This document shows positions 1 to 6,855 of a stretch of DNA of 14,082 nucleotides, piece after piece; position 1 is the stretch's first letter, and each line of letters opens with the position of its first letter. The notes under the pieces are model-generated. The model was not told the origin of the DNA. It searched no databases and was given only the letters and a program-made list of their open reading frames with translations. Source of the DNA: a bacterium (GTDB lineage: Bacteria; Bacteroidota; Ignavibacteria; UBA10030); contig JAZDJN010000045.1 of assembly GCA_043803945.1 (NCBI GenBank), forward strand, positions 1-14,082, written 5' to 3'. A program made the translations under genes and the position numbers.

Positions 1-1
1 G

Positions 2-805
2 AAAATGTGTTAAGAGCGATGTCCCAACAACATGCACCCAATGAAGCTTGTTTTCGCAGAACATGCCAGTCTCGTCAGTGTGAACCGTATCGGCTTGTTT
101 CAGTTGTTGGACAATCTCTTTTTCGGCAGGTTCCACTTTCTTGTGAAGCTCTTGCGTCCAATTCAGAAGTGTGCCTTGAGATATCTCGATATGAAACATA
201 TTCCGAAGAAGTTCTTGAGTTCGTTTCAATGGTATCAGTTGATACTGCATCAGGTATAGTGCCAAGCTTTTGATGTTTGTCCCATACTGTATGTTCTTCT
301 CAATGCCTTCGGGAAACGGTGCAATGATAATTTCTCCGCAACGTGGACATTGTTTCTCGTCGCTTTGATGTTCAGTATATTCGATCCGTGGCAATGGAAT
401 ATCAATCACTTGACGTCGATGCGTTCGGCGAACCGGAACGCATTTCAATGAGCAACCGCATGAACATCGATCAACAGCATGGGGAATGATTTCGTCAGGT
501 GTCTTCGTCATAGCAAGTGTCGAGCCTTTGTGTCCGAGTTGGCCGCCAGATGAGCGATTACTTTTCGCACGTGTGGGGGTGATGACTCGTTTCAATCCGT
601 CGCTCGATGGTGGCTTGTTGCTGTTTTGGCTGTCCTGATTCTTCTGCGCTTGTAACTCTTTAAGTTGTTCATTCAGTGTTTGAATTATCCCGCGCAGTTT
701 ACTGATGATTTCACCTTGTGAGACAATGATCGAGACGATCACTTCGGGGTTGCCTTTACAAAGTCTAAGTAATTCTTCTGGCGTATGTGTCGTGTGTGCT
801 TCCAC
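2..805 (-). CDS. tnpC: IS66-family transposase (single-ORF ISBst12-like type), 5' part; runs off the left edge
   Basis: Manual minus-strand translation is open from GTG at 805 (alternative GTG at 811) to the edge. It shows a coiled-coil N-terminus, then QDSQNSNKPPSSDG, GGQLGHKGSTL, a zinc-finger region CSCGC...CPRCG, QYG...LYLMQYQLIP, ISQGTL, and the first catalytic motif HTDETG...WVHV. All are typical of IS66 transposases. The start codon is uncertain. Confidence 0.92.
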   Translation of the reverse strand, partial: MEAHTTHTPEELLRLCKGNPEVIVSIIVSQGEIISKLRGIIQTLNEQLKELQAQKNQDSQNSNKPPSSDGLKRVITPTRAKSNRSSGGQLGHKGSTLAMTKTPDEIIPHAVDRCSCGCSLKCVPVRRTHRRQVIDIPLPRIEYTEHQSDEKQCPRCGEIIIAPFPEGIEKNIQYGTNIKSLALYLMQYQLIPLKRTQELLRNMFHIEISQGTLLNWTQELHKKVEPAEKEIVQQLKQADTVHTDETGMFCENKLHWVHVVGTSLLTHF

Positions 806-831
806 ATACACAACATATAAAGTGTTTCTTT

Positions 832-861
832 TCAGCCATAGGCTGATGAGCCTTTGGCTCA
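832..861. repeat. 30-bp double-hairpin unit inside the IS66 leader
   Basis: TCAGCC-ATA-GGCTGA + TGAGCC-TTT-GGCTCA, two perfect 6-bp stems with 3-nt loops. A related copy lies at 9670-9699. Confidence 0.85.
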
Positions 862-928
862 AATGTACAAGGGTTAAATGAACTTTTTTAAAAATATCTT
901 TGTGCTGTGTAGTTACAAAGAAACAATG

Positions 929-1035
929 TGTCACACCGGAATGCTTTAATCCGGTGTCCAGTGCCTTAATTAAGCACTTTTCTGGATTCCGGTTAGAAGA
1001 TTACCTGCCTCGCCGGCAGGCGGGCCGGAATGACA
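929..1035. repeat. REP-like inverted doublet (TGTCA..CCGG-N11-CCGG..TCCAG) with a 21-bp palindromic insert at 1004-1024
   Basis: Unit 1 (929-961) is TGTCACACCGG-N11-CCGGTGTCCAG. Unit 2 (982-1035, inverted) reads TGTCATTCCGG-N11-CCGGAATCCAG once CCTGCCTCGCCGGCAGGCGGG is removed. The spacer GTGCCTTAATTAAGCAC is itself a hairpin. Confidence 0.8.
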
Positions 1036-1157
1036 GTGCACTAGTTTTCTTTTTAGTCAGACCCATAAAGGGGAGGTCAAAAACAAGATTAATCATTCCA
1101 ATCTTACAGGTTCTTCTTCCTGCGTAACATGGGTTGCCCTTTCTTTTTATTCTTCAC

Positions 1158-1237
1158 ATTCTTTCATTCCCTTATTCTCATATTCCTTCATTCCCATATT
1201 TCCACATTTCCATATTCCCACATTTTCATATTCTCCT
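1158..1237. repeat. Degenerate 8-bp tandem repeat, 10 units (ATT followed by 5 mostly pyrimidine bases)
   Basis: ATT recurs at exact 8-bp period at 1158, 1166 ... 1230: attctttc, attccctt, attctcat, attccttc, attcccat, atttccac, atttccat, attcccac, attttcat, attctcct. Confidence 0.9.
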
Positions 1238-3645
1238 CATTCTACTTTCCATTCATACAATCCCATAGAAAAATTTTCTGCCATCTGAATTTCCATCTTC
1301 AACGCGGTAGTCTTGATCGGTTTGAATTTCACTATGCTCATTCGATCTTTTACGATTTCGAAGGGAGTTGTTGGTTCAACCGGTTTCCATTCACCCTGTT
1401 CATTATAGAAAAGCTTCCAGGATGCAGGGAGCCGGCATTCGCCAATTCCGGTATCATCAAACCAATATACTTCAGATTTTGAAACTGTTTCTTCTTTCTT
1501 AAACGCATATTGAATCCACGCCGTCTTTCCCTTCGTTGGCCACCAGTGGAGAAACGGGATATTGTGATCGATGGAGCTGATCGGCTCCAACTGATCGTTG
1601 ATTGCATCGGTTCGTTTTCTCTCCGATGCCGTCGCCTTGCTTGTGTACGCAATTGTGGGTGCAGGCAATGCTCTGGCCGCAGATGGTGTTCGGGCAGTCC
1701 AGACTGTCATTGGAGACAATCCCCGATGCGCCCAGGCATAATAAGGAATCATCGTGATCTCCTGCTCGGGATCGGAAACAATCGAGCCTGTCAGGGTCTT
1801 ACGAACCGGACTCGCCTTTGCTTTCAGAACCTGGACACCATTTAACAGATCGGCCTTGAATTGAGTCTTGACCGATGATGCATCGTTCAGGACAAAGTTC
1901 AGAGCATACCCGTTGGCATTATCGACTCCCTCAGTGCAAAAAACGACTGGGCCGCGCTCCAGCGCTACACGTCCTGCATTTGTCTTCAGGTTCTTATGCG
2001 CAACCAGTCGATGGATCTCCATCGGAAAATTGATCCGGACAACATCACCTTTCTTCCAGTTCCGTTTCAGGACTGCATAATTCTTCTCCAACCTGAACGC
2101 AGTGCGTTTTCCATTAATCGTAATCTCAATATTCTTTTTCACCGGTTCCAAATATGTATAGAGGTCGCTTGGAACGGGACGGTTCTGAACCCAGCCGGGG
2201 ATTCGAACATTCAACGCAAAGAGTCCTTCATTGTCGGGGTACACTGTAAGCTTTACAGCCCCATCCCATGGATAGAGCGTCTCTTGTTTCAATGTGATGA
2301 CACGGTCCAGAGTCTTGATCGTCGCATCGCTGCCAATAAAGAGATTGACAAAGACAGTGTTCCCCTGTGTTGCATAGAGATAGCCCGGCAGCGAGGCGAT
2401 AAAGCGAAGCACATTGGGCGGGCAGCAGGCGCAGCTAAACCATTCGGATCGGTTTTCACCTTTGAATGATTCGAGCCGGTTTGGATAGAAAAATTTATCA
2501 CCGCTCATTCCCACGCCCGACAGAAACGCATTATACATCGTGCGTTCAATGATATCCACATACCGAGCATCGCCATGCAGAAGAGCCATGCGTTGATTCC
2601 AGAGGACATTCGCAATGGAGGCACACGTTTCACAATAGGCACTCAGGTTCGGCAGTTCATACGGGTGACTGAAGCCTTCATTGCCGCCCGAGGCACCGAT
2701 ACCGCCGGTGCTATAGAATTTCGTTCCGATCACATCCGCCCATACCTTATCAAGCACACGCACCAGCGATTGATCACCGGTCAGCGCTGCGACATCAGCC
2801 ATACCGGAATAGAGATACATTGCCCTCACTGCATGGCCGACTGCTTTATCCTGATCACGAACCGGTTTGTGGTCCTGCGCATAATCTCCCATGAGTTCAT
2901 GCCCTTTGGCGTTTCCCCGTTCGTCGATAAAGAACTTTGCAAGATTCAGATATTTTAATTCGTCGGTGGCGAGATAGAGTTTGCACAGTCCGATTTCAAT
3001 CTCTTCATGTCCGGGTACTTCACCACGTTTTCCCGGGCCGAAGGTCTCACACAAGAGATTGGCATTCTTGATTGCCACGTTGAGCAGCGTGCGTTTGCCC
3101 GTCGCATAGAAATGTGCCACAGCTCCTTCGTAGAGATGACCGACATTATACAGTTCATGGCTGCCGTCTTTAATACCGATCCACCTTTCTTTTCCGCCGG
3201 GCGGCTGGTAATCCTCGCGAATTAATTTTCGAGCGGTATAGAGATAGCCGTCGGGTTCCTGAGCCTGTGCAATGATCGCGATGATTGAATCAAGATAACG
3301 ATTAACCGTTGTATCAGGATGAGTGGCCAGTGAGTATGATGCACCTTCAATCGCCTTATAAACGTCTGAGTCGTTAAAGTGATATCCGGTGAATTTTCCA
3401 TGCTTCAATCCTGCAGCAATTGAAAAGTTATCGATGCGGCCGGTTTCTTCGGACTTCTTAAAATTATGGGGAAGCGTTACTCTCCTGTTTGTCTCGATTC
3501 GTTTCGACCAGAATTGATCGGTTACCTTCACCAAGGTAAATGGGACAGGCTGAACGGGGTAGCCCTTTCCCCAGTGTTGTCCATTGACCATGATGGTTGA
3601 GAACAGAGAGAGGCAGCAAAGAACTACGATGAATCTCTTTTGCAT
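1237..3645 (-). CDS. Secreted GH127 beta-L-arabinofuranosidase (HypBA1-like) with a C-terminal discoidin/F5-8C-like beta-sandwich domain
   Basis: Motifs FNDSDVYK, HELYNVGH, GHEEIE, GHAVRAMY, YCETCA and WFSCACCPPN (Cys/Zn active-site pattern of GH127). Start reassigned to ATG 3645 (MQKRFIVVLCCLSLFSTIMVNGQ, signal-peptide-like, preceded by GAAAGG), giving 802 aa. Confidence 0.92.
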   Translation of the reverse strand: MQKRFIVVLCCLSLFSTIMVNGQHWGKGYPVQPVPFTLVKVTDQFWSKRIETNRRVTLPHNFKKSEETGRIDNFSIAAGLKHGKFTGYHFNDSDVYKAIEGASYSLATHPDTTVNRYLDSIIAIIAQAQEPDGYLYTARKLIREDYQPPGGKERWIGIKDGSHELYNVGHLYEGAVAHFYATGKRTLLNVAIKNANLLCETFGPGKRGEVPGHEEIEIGLCKLYLATDELKYLNLAKFFIDERGNAKGHELMGDYAQDHKPVRDQDKAVGHAVRAMYLYSGMADVAALTGDQSLVRVLDKVWADVIGTKFYSTGGIGASGGNEGFSHPYELPNLSAYCETCASIANVLWNQRMALLHGDARYVDIIERTMYNAFLSGVGMSGDKFFYPNRLESFKGENRSEWFSCACCPPNVLRFIASLPGYLYATQGNTVFVNLFIGSDATIKTLDRVITLKQETLYPWDGAVKLTVYPDNEGLFALNVRIPGWVQNRPVPSDLYTYLEPVKKNIEITINGKRTAFRLEKNYAVLKRNWKKGDVVRINFPMEIHRLVAHKNLKTNAGRVALERGPVVFCTEGVDNANGYALNFVLNDASSVKTQFKADLLNGVQVLKAKASPVRKTLTGSIVSDPEQEITMIPYYAWAHRGLSPMTVWTARTPSAARALPAPTIAYTSKATASERKRTDAINDQLEPISSIDHNIPFLHWWPTKGKTAWIQYAFKKEETVSKSEVYWFDDTGIGECRLPASWKLFYNEQGEWKPVEPTTPFEIVKDRMSIVKFKPIKTTALKMEIQMAENFSMGLYEWKVE

Positions 3646-3692
3646 ATGGTTGAACCTTTCATCCACTGATATTGGTTCCCTGTTTATTATTG

Positions 3693-3727
3693 ACCCCCTT
3701 TTCAATTTCCCCCTAAGAGGGGGAATT
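3693..3727. repeat. REP-like hairpin TTCCCCCT-AAG-AGGGGGAA preceded by a C-run
   Basis: 8-bp perfect stem at 3707-3714/3718-3725 in the DUF89-GH127 spacer. Confidence 0.6.
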
Positions 3728-3765
3728 AGATAAAGTGTGATATCCAATAAGAAAAAAAAGAGCTG

Positions 3766-4635
3766 TCACACTTCTCCGCCTGCCGGTGGTTTATGACGGA
3801 AGACAATATCACCGGTGCGCACCCCAAGCGCTCTGCTGACAACATCACACTTTGCCTTAAGGAGAAAATAGAAATTATGCGGAAAGTCGATACAGGTCTC
3901 GAAATTGCCATGTCCTTTTGCCAGAATCACCTCTGCCTGGTTGAGGGCATCGAGAAATTCTTCGCTGGAATTTGAAAGATTGATTCCTATATCGGCTGAT
4001 CCCGTTGTAATCGTCGGTACAAGAGAGGTGATTCCCGCTTGCTGTGCATCTTTCATTGTTGCATCGTTAATGATCGGCCCGGACTTCACACAAAATGTCA
4101 CTTCAACATTGTTCGCAAGCAACTGCTCAACAAGAACCCGGTCAAACACGATCTCGCCGGCATTATCCCCAAGATAGAGGAGCTTCCTTCCCGGGCGGAG
4201 TTCCTGCCTGAACTCCTCAAGATGATCGATGGCAAAGGAGGTCGAGGCCAGCCTGCGAACATCTTCCGCAAGATTGTACTCGTGCCCGATTCCCAGATCA
4301 ATCACATTCCCCGCGACAGCAACATGAATTGCCGTCTTCAGAGGATCCTGTGATTCGGCGATCATGCGTTCAATATCCGGAAGAATCCCGATGGCTTCCT
4401 GATTGCTCTGCTTCTTTGCTTCCCGATAAGGATCCGCAACACCGGTGACATCTGACACTAGCGAGTAAACATGCCTGGACACCATTGCAGGAGATTGAGT
4501 CATATCAATAGACTCAATCCCCGCTGCAATCCTATTCAGAATTTCACGGTGTGCTTCCTCATGGGGAGTTGCAAGCCGTGCCGTGTTCAGTCCCTGCTTA
4601 AAGAGGCAGAGAAGGCATTCAAGTTCAGATTTCAT
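3766..4635 (-). CDS. DUF89/ARMT1-like damage-control metal-dependent phosphatase
   Basis: N-terminal CxxC (ECLLC), DPYREAKKQSN, AGNVID, DNAGEIVFD, PIINDAT, KGHGNFE and LKAKC, 289 aa. Confidence 0.9.
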   Translation of the reverse strand: MKSELECLLCLFKQGLNTARLATPHEEAHREILNRIAAGIESIDMTQSPAMVSRHVYSLVSDVTGVADPYREAKKQSNQEAIGILPDIERMIAESQDPLKTAIHVAVAGNVIDLGIGHEYNLAEDVRRLASTSFAIDHLEEFRQELRPGRKLLYLGDNAGEIVFDRVLVEQLLANNVEVTFCVKSGPIINDATMKDAQQAGITSLVPTITTGSADIGINLSNSSEEFLDALNQAEVILAKGHGNFETCIDFPHNFYFLLKAKCDVVSRALGVRTGDIVFRHKPPAGGEV

Positions 4636-4661
4636 GGTGACCGTGCCGCTTTTCGTACTTC

Positions 4662-6146
4662 TTATGCGAACCGTGGATACTCAGTTGGATAGAGAATCCC
4701 GTTCGGCAGGTTTGCCGTGAGATCGCTGACCCCGATCAGATGCATGGCGTTCCAGAGCACAGGACCGTTGTGAACAAAGGCAACGGCCGTATGGTGCGGA
4801 AACCGCTTTTCCAGCAATCCGTAACGATAAAAGCGCGCCATCTCCTTCACGGCGAAGACGGCGATACAGCCAAACGACTTCGGATCGATGTTCAGAATTT
4901 CTCCTTCGGCAACATAAGCTTTCAACTCCGCTTCGGCAGTCGATTGCAGCCGGAAGATAGTCATGTCGCCCGGGCGGATTGTTCCTTCGAGCGTTCCGCG
5001 TGTAATGTTGGGCGGTTTTCCCGGCTCCATAAGCCGGTGCATAATGAGCTGATAATTCATCGAACAGGAAGCCATGCATGACGAGGATGTGTTTCCGCAG
5101 TGGAATCCCATAAAGAGATCATTGTTGTTGTAGCTGCCGATGTCCGGTTTCGCCTGCTCATACATATCCTTCGGCACCGTGTTATTGATATCCAGGATCG
5201 CCGCGGGCATATTGCTTGCACACGTGCAGATATATTCGCTCAAGGCACCATAGATATCGGATTCACATGAGATCGGTATTCCATGTGTTGCCAGGCGTGA
5301 ATTGATAAAGCAGGGGACGAACCCGAAATATTTTTCAAATGCCGGCCAGCATTTATTGGCAAAGACACCATACCGCGAGGCACCGAGATTCTTCTCCATG
5401 TAATCGAGCAGAGAAAGCTCGAACTGGGCGAGCGGCTCCAGCAAATCCGGATAGATATTTCCCTTTCCTAGCTCGCCGGCCATTTCCGCCGCGATCGTTT
5501 TTATGCGCGGATCACCTTTCTTCGAAAGAAAGAGATCGTACATATCGAGCTCGCTGTTCTCCATAATCTCCACTCCAAGATTATAGAGCGGCTTGATGGG
5601 CGCATGGCAGGTGAGAAAATCGAACGGACGCGGGCCGAAGGAAAAGATTTTCAGGTTCTTCAATCCGACAACGACCCTGGCAATGGGAATAAACTCCCGT
5701 ATCATCTCTGCCACTTCATCCGCCGTGCCGACGGGATTCTGCGGGAGGTGAACACGCAGGTTCCGCAAGCCAAGATTATAGGAAGCGCTGAGAAGCCCGC
5801 AGTACGCATCGCCGCGATCGCCGTACAAATCGTTTGCTGTTTCTTCCGCTGCTGCGGCAAACATCGCCGGTCCGCCGAACTTTTGTGCCAGCAGTGTGGC
5901 CGGGCCCTCCGGTCCAAAATTGCCAAGATAGACTACCAGCGCGTTAACATTGAGCTGCAGGAGTTCATCCAGTGCTTTCAGTACGTCGGTCTCGTTTTCC
6001 ACAACAGTTTGAATTTCTACAACGGGAATCGCTTTCGCTTTGCATTCTTCAACAACCTTGATTCTGCGCTTTCGGGAAAGTTCGCTCGGAAAGCAATCTC
6101 TGCTCACTGCAACAATCCCTACAGTCATTACCGGTATGTTTCTCAT
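4662..6146 (-). CDS. L-fucose/L-arabinose isomerase superfamily protein; probable L-arabinose isomerase by context
   Basis: 494 aa with VSRDCFP, YLGNFGPE, RGDAYCG, KCWP, CESDIYG, GFHCGN and FPHH, consistent with FucI/AraA-fold metal ligands. It starts 3 bp after the araD stop. Confidence 0.85.
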   Translation of the reverse strand: MRNIPVMTVGIVAVSRDCFPSELSRKRRIKVVEECKAKAIPVVEIQTVVENETDVLKALDELLQLNVNALVVYLGNFGPEGPATLLAQKFGGPAMFAAAAEETANDLYGDRGDAYCGLLSASYNLGLRNLRVHLPQNPVGTADEVAEMIREFIPIARVVVGLKNLKIFSFGPRPFDFLTCHAPIKPLYNLGVEIMENSELDMYDLFLSKKGDPRIKTIAAEMAGELGKGNIYPDLLEPLAQFELSLLDYMEKNLGASRYGVFANKCWPAFEKYFGFVPCFINSRLATHGIPISCESDIYGALSEYICTCASNMPAAILDINNTVPKDMYEQAKPDIGSYNNNDLFMGFHCGNTSSSCMASCSMNYQLIMHRLMEPGKPPNITRGTLEGTIRPGDMTIFRLQSTAEAELKAYVAEGEILNIDPKSFGCIAVFAVKEMARFYRYGLLEKRFPHHTAVAFVHNGPVLWNAMHLIGVSDLTANLPNGILYPTEYPRFA

Positions 6147-6149
6147 AGA

Positions 6150-6854
6150 TCATCTCCTCTTTTTCTGCCCATAGTATGCATTAGTTCCATGTTTTCGGTT
6201 ATAATGTTTGTCGATCAGTGTCTGCTTCAGGCGGGGTGTGCTGCCGTCGATGATCAATGTCATCAAGGCAATCTTAGCAATCTCTTCAAGGAGCAGGCAG
6301 TGTTCGACCGCTTTCTCCGGAGAGGCCCCCCAGGCAAACGGACCGTGGCATGCCACGAGCACCATCGGCATATCCTGGTATGAGAGATTTGAAAACCGCT
6401 GAACAATCAGGTTGCCGGTCTCCTCTTCATAATCTCCCTTGATCATCTCATCGCTCATCACCCTTGTGCATGGGATATCCATCGCGGCAAGATCGGCGTG
6501 GGTTGTTCCCAGAATTGGGATGGGCTTCATCGCCTGAGCCCAGGCAACAGCATTCGGTGCATGAGCATGGGCGACGCCGCCTATCTCCGGAAAATCACGA
6601 TAGAGAACGGCATGCGTTTTTGTGTCAGACGAGGGACGCAGCTTCCCATCAATGAGCCGCAGGTTTAGATCGAGGACCACCATATCATCCACATCAATTT
6701 CATTATAGGGCACTCCGCTTGGCTTGATAGCAAAGATGCCTTCGTTCCGATCGATCGCACTGACATTGCCGAATGTCAGCGGTGTCAATCCCGATTTTGC
6801 CAGGGCAAGATTATTTTTCCATGCCCGCTTTTTCAATTCCTGAATTGACCCCAT
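6150..6854 (-). CDS. araD: L-ribulose-5-phosphate 4-epimerase
   Basis: FGNVS, IKPSG, PSSDTKTH, HxH, GTTHAD, YEEETG, HGPFAWG and C-terminal DKHYNRKHGTNAYYGQ. Confidence 0.95.
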   Translation of the reverse strand: MGSIQELKKRAWKNNLALAKSGLTPLTFGNVSAIDRNEGIFAIKPSGVPYNEIDVDDMVVLDLNLRLIDGKLRPSSDTKTHAVLYRDFPEIGGVAHAHAPNAVAWAQAMKPIPILGTTHADLAAMDIPCTRVMSDEMIKGDYEEETGNLIVQRFSNLSYQDMPMVLVACHGPFAWGASPEKAVEHCLLLEEIAKIALMTLIIDGSTPRLKQTLIDKHYNRKHGTNAYYGQKKRR

Positions 6855-6855
6855 G

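Larger units (their letters stand above)
1..916 (-). mobile_element. IS66-family insertion sequence, left (5') end with terminal inverted repeat at about 905-916
   Basis: The minus strand reads GTAACTACACAG from position 916, about 110 bp upstream of the transposase. IS66 ends characteristically begin GTAA. The other end is outside the window. Confidence 0.8.

Noticed and set aside
929-1237. CRISPR array
   Set aside because: There are no identical direct repeats with regular unique spacers, and no cas genes.
1129-1482. 117-aa plus-strand ORF rich in F/H/S/I
   Set aside because: It is an artefact of the stop-free octamer repeat plus antisense GH127 sequence.
3646-3747. N-terminal extension of the 836-aa ORF
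   Set aside because: It runs through an intergenic hairpin. ATG 3645 has an RBS and exposes a signal peptide.
3733-3773. CRP site or terminator (AAGTGTGA...TCACACTT with a T-run on the minus strand)
   Set aside because: The half-sites are 25 bp apart rather than 6, and the T-run lacks a strong preceding GC stem.
5604-6383. 259-aa plus-strand ORF, and likewise 10569-11216 and the other short track ORFs
   Set aside because: These are antisense or off-frame shadows of well-supported genes, with no recognisable motifs.
6555-6575. AraD HTHS motif changed to HAHA, suggesting inactivation
   Set aside because: Both His metal ligands and all other motifs are intact, so this is probably ordinary variation.
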